Shown here one piece after another: positions 43,138 to 51,213 of a stretch of 61,386 bases of DNA. The DNA is taken from the NCBI GenBank assembly GCA_043808015.1, contig JAZDFI010000009.1, positions 1 through 61,386 of the forward strand, read 5' to 3'. The first letter of the stretch is position 1. Each line of letters starts with the position of its first letter. A program made the translations under genes and the position numbers. The notes under the pieces are model-generated. The model was not told the DNA's origin. It did not search any database and saw only the letters and a program-made list of their open reading frames with translations. The stretch is from Candidatus Aenigmatarchaeota archaeon. Its GTDB lineage: Archaea; Aenigmatarchaeota; Aenigmatarchaeia; QMZP01; QMZT01.

Positions 43138-46100
43138 ATGAAAAGTTCAGCCAAGTATTCGATAGTTTTAGTTGTATTCGTCTCTTTGTTCTTGTCGTGC
43201 TCGCTCTTTTTCATGAGCACAAGCGCGGAAGCGTCGCTGGAAAAGGTCAGCCTTGACAGCGACACCATAAGAATCCAGACAAATATCGGCAATCCCGTAA
43301 TAGAAGTCCAGTTGATCGAGAACACGGATCACTGCTTCACCGAATGCTACGCAGTTCTCAAAATCCACCCGTACCAGAACATTGCCCTTCCCGCCCAGCA
43401 GGATTCGGAATTCGCGTGGAACTTCGCCAAGGAGAAGCCGTGGATGGACGGCCTCATCTCGTATCATTTCGAGATACTCGAAACGACCGAATACCAAGTA
43501 GAAGTCCCTGATTATGAAACAAGCAAGGTCAAGACGACCTGCTATAATTTCGACAATGAAACCAAAACGAACACAAGCTACGATTGCGAAGTCGAGCAGA
43601 CCGTCCAGACGGGCTCGCATCAGGAAACCAGACAAAGCGAAGAATACAAGCCTTTCGCCTTCTGGGGCGAAACTCTCAAAGCTGACCAAGACTACACGAT
43701 CAAGCTCGTAGGAAAGAAGTCCGCGAAGGTCGGAACCAACAACGTGGACTGGGTTCCTAAGATAAAAGGTCTGGAGCTGAACGAATGGTTGTGGTGGAAT
43801 ACCACGTTCAATAAGTGCAGAAAAATCACCAACACGACGCAGGCGACGAATCCGGCAAACTTCGAGGTCGAGTTCACATTTTCCAACAGCAGCATACCTT
43901 ATGCGGACTTCATGCCTGATTTCGCTGACCTTCGCATAACCAACGGGACCGATTGCTATGGCGAGTCAGGAAAAGAACTCCAGTACGTATTTCACAAAGA
44001 GAGAGTAAATCCCATATGCAACCAAAGCGACGCAACGAAACCGTGCACAATATACATCAACGTCACTACAGCCAATCTGACGTCGTTCCTTGTGTATTAC
44101 AACGCGACGGGCGTGGCCGGCGTTTCCAATGGAAATGCCATACTCAACTACGACGACTTTGACGACAATAACATAACTGACTGGACGGTAGCATCTGGAG
44201 CATGGGAAGCAAGCTCAGGAATATTGAAAACAACATCTGATGCTAATAATCTTTTTATCAGTAAGGCATTTAACGGCGGGCGGAATATTACACTTTCAAC
44301 CACGAGTGGATACATTGTGGATATAGATATGCTTATGAATGGGTCATCCAATGGGCAAGGATTTCATTCCACCAACCAATCTTCTTTGGCTACAAACTAT
44401 GCCGGATTTTCGCAAGGTGGTATACCACAATATGGAGTATTTACACAATTTTTAGATATGAATGGTTCATACGTTCAAGGTACTGGTACAGGAACACTTT
44501 CTGGAAATGCATGGTATCATTTTAGAGTTATATGGATGAACAATAATCAGACAGTTTATAGAAACGGTGCAATATTCGCAAGTTCGACATTACATCAGAC
44601 AACACCAGTTGCTATGAATATATCAGTTTTGGCACAAGGTTGGGCTCAAAGCGGGCAATATAGTTGGTTTGATAATGTGATAGTGCGACAGTTCGTTGCT
44701 AACCCGATGTCTTGGTCTATAGGAGATGAGAAATTAGGAACTTGTCCATCACAAGATACTTATATTAACGAAAATAGGGTATTTTATCCGGTGGTGTGCA
44801 ACGTTGATGACGACGGTTATGAAAGAGTTTTCATACTAAACGCTTCCAACATCGTTATGGACTGCAATGGAATGGTACTGAATGGTTCCTATTTTTCTGT
44901 TAATACCAACACTACAGCGTATTCAGAAACCGCCATATATAATAATGGATTTGACAACATAACCATAAAGAATTGCACAATTATAAATTATATCAGAGGT
45001 ATCGAAATTGTTTACAATACATCCACATCAAATGTCTATGACAATAAGTTATACAATAACACTTTCAATTTCAACACCATGGGAATCTATTTATGGAATG
45101 GTATATACAGGACGATAATTGAAGATAATAATGCGAGCAACAATGATTATGGAATATACATAGAAAATGCGTATGAAGGGGGTATAGTAAATAACAATAC
45201 TATCGTCAACAGTGTTATGAAATCGAACAATATTTATGACGTTTACTTGAAATGGGACGATTATCTTTTCTTGGTTAACACATCATACGATACTGAATAT
45301 GTACAGGAATCCAATTTGACGCGGCAATGGTATGTCAAACTCAACGTCACCGACAAGAATGGAGCCGGTATACAAGATGCACAAGTTTCGGCAAAAGACA
45401 AGTACGGCAATACCGAATGGACGGACACCACTGACTCAAATGGTTTGACCGAGTGGAAAATAACTACGCAGTATATCCATAACCAAAACGGAATATTCAA
45501 CTACACGCCCTACAACATATCAGGTTCGCATTCAAGCTACCCGTCAAACTTCACCATCCAAAACATCATTGAGAGTAAAATAATCTACCTTCCCCTCAAG
45601 ATGCCGCTGATAACATTCAACGTAACGAGTGGTGAGGACGGCAGCTCGCTAGACAACGTCGCCGTCACTTGCAACTACTCCAGTTTCAGCCAGAGCGGCG
45701 ACACGACGAACACGTACGGTCCGTATGAGTTCCCATCGGGGAGTTGGTGGTGCATATTTGAAAAGATAAATTATTACAACAAGACTATGGTATTCATATC
45801 AAACTCTGATAAAACAGTAGATGTTGTAATGTCTTACAAATATCATCTAACAAACGAGGAGCACACTTGGATTGAATCCATCTACAATTGTCTCATCAAC
45901 AAGAACTGCGACGTCTACGACCTCTGGAACCAGACTTATGAATACGCTTCGAACATATGGGATCAGTTCAAACAAACTGATGAGTCAGTCGTCGTCTCCG
46001 AGCAGACGACCAGTTCTGTCGTCAACGCTACGTCCAACCTAACGATAGAGTACGCGATTGACGTACCCATCAAAGAGGATTACCAATTTCTTCCAATACG

Positions 46101-46602
46101 TATATTCTATTGGTTCATGGACGAGAACAACGAGATATGTTACAATCAGGCCAAGGAAGGCAACAACGCCGAAGCGCCGTTCTGCAACCCTTTGGTTACC
46201 CAAACCATCGGTGAGGTAAACACTCAGATAAACTTTACCGTCGACCTCAGGCCGAATCTTCCAGAAGGCAACTACACAATTGTGCGCAGGATAGACATAG
46301 ACCCGGAGAACGTTTGGATAAACTACGGCCATGAGGCAATAGGAAGACTTGAAGTGATCGCAGGCAGTGATGTATCAGGTATACAGTTGAACATGAACGG
46401 CAACTCGGTAAAACAACAGGAGTTGGCCATTCAAACGACTGCACAATCAGAACAATTCGCAAACGACAAATCAACCGGCATGATAATCTTCCAACAAATC
46501 GACAGTGTCTCTTACGTAGCCGTTATCGTTTCCGTCATAACGCTGGTCCTAGTCGGTCTGATGTTCAAGAACTCAAGAAAGCGGACGCCCTGGGGCAGCT
46601 GA
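43138..46602 (+). CDS. very large exported surface protein (LamG-like, parallel beta-helix and Ig/CarboxypepD_reg-like modules) with a C-terminal TM anchor
   Basis: The in-frame ATG at 43138 gives a signal-like N-terminus MKSSAKYSIVLVVFVSLFLSCSLFFMSTSAEA. There are many N-x-S/T sequons and beta-helix repeats (NITIKNCTIINYIRGIEIVYN...NNDYGIYIENAY...). The C-terminal helix is YVAVIVSVITLVLVGLMF followed by KNSRKR. The track ORF start 42712 is antisense to nrdR. Confidence 0.7.
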   Translation: MKSSAKYSIVLVVFVSLFLSCSLFFMSTSAEASLEKVSLDSDTIRIQTNIGNPVIEVQLIENTDHCFTECYAVLKIHPYQNIALPAQQDSEFAWNFAKEKPWMDGLISYHFEILETTEYQVEVPDYETSKVKTTCYNFDNETKTNTSYDCEVEQTVQTGSHQETRQSEEYKPFAFWGETLKADQDYTIKLVGKKSAKVGTNNVDWVPKIKGLELNEWLWWNTTFNKCRKITNTTQATNPANFEVEFTFSNSSIPYADFMPDFADLRITNGTDCYGESGKELQYVFHKERVNPICNQSDATKPCTIYINVTTANLTSFLVYYNATGVAGVSNGNAILNYDDFDDNNITDWTVASGAWEASSGILKTTSDANNLFISKAFNGGRNITLSTTSGYIVDIDMLMNGSSNGQGFHSTNQSSLATNYAGFSQGGIPQYGVFTQFLDMNGSYVQGTGTGTLSGNAWYHFRVIWMNNNQTVYRNGAIFASSTLHQTTPVAMNISVLAQGWAQSGQYSWFDNVIVRQFVANPMSWSIGDEKLGTCPSQDTYINENRVFYPVVCNVDDDGYERVFILNASNIVMDCNGMVLNGSYFSVNTNTTAYSETAIYNNGFDNITIKNCTIINYIRGIEIVYNTSTSNVYDNKLYNNTFNFNTMGIYLWNGIYRTIIEDNNASNNDYGIYIENAYEGGIVNNNTIVNSVMKSNNIYDVYLKWDDYLFLVNTSYDTEYVQESNLTRQWYVKLNVTDKNGAGIQDAQVSAKDKYGNTEWTDTTDSNGLTEWKITTQYIHNQNGIFNYTPYNISGSHSSYPSNFTIQNIIESKIIYLPLKMPLITFNVTSGEDGSSLDNVAVTCNYSSFSQSGDTTNTYGPYEFPSGSWWCIFEKINYYNKTMVFISNSDKTVDVVMSYKYHLTNEEHTWIESIYNCLINKNCDVYDLWNQTYEYASNIWDQFKQTDESVVVSEQTTSSVVNATSNLTIEYAIDVPIKEDYQFLPIRIFYWFMDENNEICYNQAKEGNNAEAPFCNPLVTQTIGEVNTQINFTVDLRPNLPEGNYTIVRRIDIDPENVWINYGHEAIGRLEVIAGSDVSGIQLNMNGNSVKQQELAIQTTAQSEQFANDKSTGMIIFQQIDSVSYVAVIVSVITLVLVGLMFKNSRKRTPWGS

Positions 46603-46788
46603 TGCCTCAGGTTTTCTTATTTTTGTAATGTAAATTCCAGCCGTAGAAATAACAATCGCTGCTACCGGCAGAATCAACCATGAGTAGATGAACGGTTTCT
46701 TTTACACTTTCTTGCATTCTCACTCTTACTGATGACTTTAGAAATGTATAAACATAGGTTTATTTGCGTAGATAATCAAAATTATATT

Positions 46789-48783
46789 ATGAAATTAGTT
46801 TTATTCACCTTTGTTTTTGTGATTATTTCAGCTATATTTTCAACAAACGTATCTTCTCAACCATATTTAATAGAAAATGCGAATTGGCAAAGCAATTTAG
46901 AACCTATTCAATGGGGTAGAATTGCTATTGGAGATTTGAACAAAGACAATTTGTCTGACATGATATTAATTGGTTGCAACGGTGGTTCCGGAAGCGAATG
47001 TGCTAGTAGGATAAGCAAAGTATACATCAACAACGGAACATCGTTTGTCGAAAATCATACTTGGGGGAGCAATTTAACCAATTTGACTAGAGGATCGATT
47101 TCATTAGGAGATATAGACAATGATGTGGATTTGGACCTTATTTTGATGGGATGTGTTTCGGGGGGTGGAGGAGGATCAAGCGAATGTGCTAGTAGGATAA
47201 GCAAAGTATACATCAACAACGGAACATCGTTTGTCGAAAATCATACTTGGGGGAGCAATTTAACACAGTTGGATTGGGGATCGTCGAAATTAGGAGATAT
47301 CAATAATGATGGATATTTGGATTTGATTTTGATGGGACAAGGTGTAAATAGACAACCATACACTAAAGTATACATCAACAACGGAACATCGTTTGTCGAA
47401 AATCAAATGTGGCAACAAAATTTACACGCGGTAACAATGTCATCATTATCATTAGCAGATTACGACAATGATGGTGATCTGGATATCATTCTAATGGGTT
47501 TAACAGATAGTTTTAGATTATATACAAATAATGGTTCTTGTTTCATAAAAAATCAAACTGACATATTAGATGGACAAGATCATTTTGTCGCAATTTATGA
47601 TGGTTCTGTCGCTTTTGGAGATTACAATAATGATGGTTTTCTGGATTTAATCGGTACTGGACATGAAAAATATACGACTTTATACATTTATAACAAAACA
47701 CGTGGAAATTATACGGATTATTTTGAAGATCCAGAACAACAGATAATAGACCTTGAATTTGGTCCGTTTGTAGTTTGGACTGACATAAATAACGATATGC
47801 GTCTTGATATCGTTATAATAGGTTGGGGTGGAGGGGGGGGTGGTTGGTTTCAAGCCAAAGTTTATACTAATAATATAACAACATCGAACCAAGCGCCATC
47901 TGCTCCAGCGATTGGTTATAACTCCACATTTAACTTCTCCACCGGCAAACTCACTTTGTTATGGGGCAACGGTTCCGACACGGAAACTCCGACACTCGGT
48001 CTCTATTACAATCTTCGAGTAGGAACCTGCTCAGGATGCCACGACATCGTTTCAGGCGTTTTCGGCGGAGGAGACGACAACGGCTACTTCGGCAACATGA
48101 TGCAGCGCAAGCGGATTGTTCTGAACAGGCCGGATATTGAAAACAAGACGATTTACTGGACAGTCCAGACTATCGATACCGGTCTTGCCAAATCCGCATG
48201 GTCGACTGAGCAGATTTATCATATAACGCAACAGTGCACCGAGAACTGGACTTACAGCGCATGGTCGTCATGTATCAACAACCAGCAAACGAGGACTGCT
48301 AATGATTCGAACAACTGTGGGACGACCATTAACAAAAGTGCGACGACTCAAAGCTGCACTTCGTATACGCCGCCTTCCGGCGGCGGGACTTATACGCCGC
48401 CAGCAGCGAAGAAGAACGAGACGAACGGAAACGCTACGACTGGCTCGTCTGGGACAAACACGGCTAACACCTCTGGTAATACCAGTTCTGGTGCGAACAT
48501 CGGTTCTCTGATTAATGGGGGCAATCAAAGCGTGAGTGTATGCGTGCCATTTGACGTGAAATGTGAAGGGAATAACTTGATGGAATGCGTTTCTTCTGGC
48601 GAATGGATAGTGAAACAGATATGCGAGTTCGGATGCGCTGACGAGGAATGCAAAAAAGGGAATGATTTTTACGGCAATTTGCAGTATTTGCTACCTGTTT
48701 TAATCGCTGTCTTGATTGTTGGCGCCGGAGTTTTCATCGGCTTTAGGCAGTTTTTTGGCGGTAAAACGCTTGTATCTCCATGA
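46789..48783 (+). CDS. FG-GAP/VCBS-repeat (integrin-alpha-like propeller) surface protein with a C-terminal TM anchor
   Basis: The signal-like start is MKLVLFTFVFVIISAIFSTNVSS. There are six or more repeats of the type GDLNKDNLSDMILIG / GDIDNDVDLDLILMG / GDINNDGYLDLILMG / ADYDNDGDLDIILMG / GDYNNDGFLDLIGTG. A Thr/Ser/Gly/Asn linker and the C-terminal helix LLPVLIAVLIVGAGVFIGF follow. Confidence 0.7.
   Translation: MKLVLFTFVFVIISAIFSTNVSSQPYLIENANWQSNLEPIQWGRIAIGDLNKDNLSDMILIGCNGGSGSECASRISKVYINNGTSFVENHTWGSNLTNLTRGSISLGDIDNDVDLDLILMGCVSGGGGGSSECASRISKVYINNGTSFVENHTWGSNLTQLDWGSSKLGDINNDGYLDLILMGQGVNRQPYTKVYINNGTSFVENQMWQQNLHAVTMSSLSLADYDNDGDLDIILMGLTDSFRLYTNNGSCFIKNQTDILDGQDHFVAIYDGSVAFGDYNNDGFLDLIGTGHEKYTTLYIYNKTRGNYTDYFEDPEQQIIDLEFGPFVVWTDINNDMRLDIVIIGWGGGGGGWFQAKVYTNNITTSNQAPSAPAIGYNSTFNFSTGKLTLLWGNGSDTETPTLGLYYNLRVGTCSGCHDIVSGVFGGGDDNGYFGNMMQRKRIVLNRPDIENKTIYWTVQTIDTGLAKSAWSTEQIYHITQQCTENWTYSAWSSCINNQQTRTANDSNNCGTTINKSATTQSCTSYTPPSGGGTYTPPAAKKNETNGNATTGSSGTNTANTSGNTSSGANIGSLINGGNQSVSVCVPFDVKCEGNNLMECVSSGEWIVKQICEFGCADEECKKGNDFYGNLQYLLPVLIAVLIVGAGVFIGFRQFFGGKTLVSP
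46992..47078 (+). repeat. 87-nt perfect direct repeat, copy 1 (inside the FG-GAP gene)
   Basis: It is identical base for base to 47178-47264 by manual comparison and encodes SECASRISKVYINNGTSFVENHTWGSNL. Confidence 0.9.
47178..47264 (+). repeat. 87-nt perfect direct repeat, copy 2
   Basis: It is identical to 46992-47078 and offset by 186 nt (62 codons). Confidence 0.9.
47365..47405 (+). repeat. 41-nt partial third copy of the same repeat
   Basis: It is identical to 47017-47057 (aaagtatacatcaacaacggaacatcgtttgtcgaaaatca). Confidence 0.85.
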
Positions 48784-48864
48784 GGCGACGCATACCGTTA
48801 AGAAATGTGAACCGGCATGCACGGACGCTTATGAAAAAATGTTTAAACATATCTTTATATGCCG

Positions 48865-48875
48865 TTTTTTTTTTT
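48865..48875 (+). terminator. oligo-T tract (T11) downstream of the FG-GAP gene
   Basis: A run of 11 T lies about 80 nt after the stop at 48783. Archaeal transcription terminates at oligo-T. Confidence 0.4.
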
Positions 48876-48888
48876 GACTAATAATCGA

Positions 48889-49116
48889 ATGAGGGTAAAA
48901 ATACAGGAAGTGAAAGTCGGTTCCAGAATGTGCAAGAAAGGCAAAAGCATCTACACCAAACTGCTGTTTAACTTGCCGTCGGTTTACAGGAAAATCCTCA
49001 AGCTGAAGAAAGGCGACGAAATCGACCTGAATCTCAAAAGTTTTGGCGACAAAGAACATTGGGTAGTTGAAATGAAGTGTGTTGCTGTAGAAAAAGAACC
49101 GGTCAAGCTGTTCTAA
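48889..49116 (+). CDS. small protein, possibly AbrB/SpoVT-like
   Basis: 75 aa from ATG 48889. The segment LPSVYRKILKLKKGDEIDL resembles the AbrB/MazE swapped-hairpin motif. The track start 48859 lies within the T-run. Confidence 0.35.
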   Translation: MRVKIQEVKVGSRMCKKGKSIYTKLLFNLPSVYRKILKLKKGDEIDLNLKSFGDKEHWVVEMKCVAVEKEPVKLF

Positions 49117-49193
49117 ACCAGATTAAAGCTACACGCCTTCATCAAAAGTTTATATGTTGTTTTTCCAAGATGTGGGCAGAGGGAGGTGTCCTG

Positions 49194-49502
49194 ATGGGAC
49201 TTATAGCAGAGTTCAAGCAGTTTTTAGATGAATACAAAGTGATGGGGCTCGCGATAGCATTCATCATAGGCGCCGCGCTCACGACGCTCGTCCAGTCGCT
49301 CGTGAACGACATAATAATGCCAATCGTCTCGCCCGCGCTTTCAGCTACAGGCGACTGGAAGGCATCGGTTTTCCAGATCGGGCCGATAACGCTCAAGTGG
49401 GGCTCGTTCCTCGGCGCGATAATAAACTTCGTGATAATCGCCTTCGTCATCTTCATGATAGCGAAGCTGATACTCAGGGAACCGAAGGTCGCGAAGAAGT
49501 GA
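49194..49502 (+). CDS. mscL: large-conductance mechanosensitive channel
   Basis: 102 aa from ATG 49194, preceded by GGGAGGTG. The sequence MGLIAEFKQFLDEYKVMGLAIAFIIGAALTTLVQSLVNDIIMPIV is the classical MscL N-terminus and TM1. Confidence 0.85.
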   Translation: MGLIAEFKQFLDEYKVMGLAIAFIIGAALTTLVQSLVNDIIMPIVSPALSATGDWKASVFQIGPITLKWGSFLGAIINFVIIAFVIFMIAKLILREPKVAKK

Positions 49503-49569
49503 GCGCTTTTTTCAATTTTCTTTCAATCTTTTGTTTTAATTTTATATTACATCAGTCAAAATTATTAGC

Positions 49570-50601
49570 ATGTCGAAAGTTTACTTCTTCCCGGCGGGCG
49601 CGCAGCAGTCGATGCTGGATGCGCTGCCGCAGCTCTATGACAAGATAGCTAATGATTTTGCAGTCAAAGGAAAGAAAGTCGCGATAAAGACGCATTTCGG
49701 CGAGCAGGGCAACAAAACGTATCTTCCGCCGGCGTTCGCCAAAAAGATCTGCGACATCGTGTGCGCGCACGGCGGGACGCCGGAGCTGGTCGAATGCAAC
49801 ACCCTCTACCGGGGCGAGCGACTAACGACGGCGAAGCACATCGCGCTCGCGAAAGCGCATGGCTTCGATTTCGCGCCAGTCGTCATATGCGACGATGGCG
49901 GCAAGAACTGGAACATCGCCAGCGACGGGAAGCATTTCAAAAGCATAAAGGCCGGCGCGGGACTGAAGGATTACGAGCTCATGATAGCGGTCACCCACTG
50001 CAAAGGTCATATCGCCGCGGGTTACGGCGGCGCGCTCAAGAACATAGGCATGGGACTCGGCAGCCGAGCGGGCAAGCTGGAGATGCACGCCAAGATCAGG
50101 CCCATCATCGAAAGCGCCAAATGCAAGGCCTGCGGCGTTTGCGCCAGCGCATGCCCTGCGAACGCTATCGTCATTGAGAAATACGCGGTCATGGACAAGG
50201 CGAAATGCATCGGCTGCGCGACATGCATAGCAGTCTGCCCTTACGGGGCGGTCGGGATTCCATGGTCCGGCACGACCCACGAGGAGATACAGGAGCGCAT
50301 CGTCGAGTACGCTAGCGCTATAACCGGCAAGATAAAGACGATATACTTCAACTTCCTGCTCAACATCACGCCGCAATGCGACTGCATGACGGATGCCGGC
50401 CCCGTCAAGATGCAGGACATAGGCATTCTGGCTTCCGAAGATATCGTCGCGCTGGAGCAGGCATCCATAGACATGATAAACAAGGCGTACGGAAGCGATT
50501 TTTTCAAGGAGAGCAACAGGATCGACGTCTCGGTCCAGCCGGCGTACGCGGAAGCGATGGGCATGGGCAAACGCGCGTACGAGACAGTCAAAGTGGAGTG
50601 A
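49570..50601 (+). CDS. DUF362 domain protein with an inserted 2x[4Fe-4S] ferredoxin domain
   Basis: 343 aa. The DUF362-like N-terminus is KVAIKTHFGEQGN...VECNTLY. The cluster motifs are CKACGVCASACPANAI and CIGCATCIAVCPYGAV. Confidence 0.75.
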   Translation: MSKVYFFPAGAQQSMLDALPQLYDKIANDFAVKGKKVAIKTHFGEQGNKTYLPPAFAKKICDIVCAHGGTPELVECNTLYRGERLTTAKHIALAKAHGFDFAPVVICDDGGKNWNIASDGKHFKSIKAGAGLKDYELMIAVTHCKGHIAAGYGGALKNIGMGLGSRAGKLEMHAKIRPIIESAKCKACGVCASACPANAIVIEKYAVMDKAKCIGCATCIAVCPYGAVGIPWSGTTHEEIQERIVEYASAITGKIKTIYFNFLLNITPQCDCMTDAGPVKMQDIGILASEDIVALEQASIDMINKAYGSDFFKESNRIDVSVQPAYAEAMGMGKRAYETVKVE

Positions 50602-50607
50602 ATCATT

Positions 50608-50844
50608 ATGAAAAAGTCAGACCTCATGAGAAAAGTCGACGAAGTCATAACGACAGAGGACGCTTTCGTCGAGGCGCTGGTGCTGATAGACGAGCGCAGC
50701 GCAGACCACTCGCACTTCGCCGTGACGACGTTCCTCCGCCTGAAAAGCGGACTGCTTAAGCTGCAGGACGACTCGAGGCGCCACAAGGAACTGATGACGA
50801 ATTTGCGCACGATAATAGCAGGTGACCCAAGGGATGAGTATTAG
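50608..50844 (+). CDS. hypothetical helical protein
   Basis: 78 aa, 6 nt downstream of the DUF362 gene, and overlapping the next ORF by 23 nt. I recognise no motif. Confidence 0.4.
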   Translation: MKKSDLMRKVDEVITTEDAFVEALVLIDERSADHSHFAVTTFLRLKSGLLKLQDDSRRHKELMTNLRTIIAGDPRDEY

Positions 50845-51079
50845 CAACGTCAAGCAGGAGATGCTGGAGCATCTAAAAGAGATTCTGCAGATGGAAGGCT
50901 CGGCCGGCGGAATGTATACTGAACTCGCCGCTGCCGTGGACAACTCCCAGCTGAAATCGTTTTTTCAGGACCTCGCCAAAGAGGAGCAGGAACACGCCAG
51001 ACTCGTCAGCGACCTGATAATGCTGCTTGACAGCAGCCAGCAATCGCAGAAACCGTGGCACGAACCGTATACGGGATGA
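50822..51079 (+). CDS. ferritin-like/rubrerythrin-like helical protein
   Basis: 85 aa with a diiron-type half-site context (GMYTELA...FFQDLAKEEQEHARLVSDL). The start is uncertain. Confidence 0.45.
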   Translation: MTQGMSISNVKQEMLEHLKEILQMEGSAGGMYTELAAAVDNSQLKSFFQDLAKEEQEHARLVSDLIMLLDSSQQSQKPWHEPYTG

Positions 51080-51213
51080 AACTGGGAAAACCCTTATTAA
51101 GCACACGCTTCACATTAAGCATAGAATACCCTTTCAGACTTTTGAATATCTGAAACTGGCGCCTTATTAGTGTCTTATTGGAACAGCGAGCGGCCGCCAG
51201 CGAGGTTTGGTAT

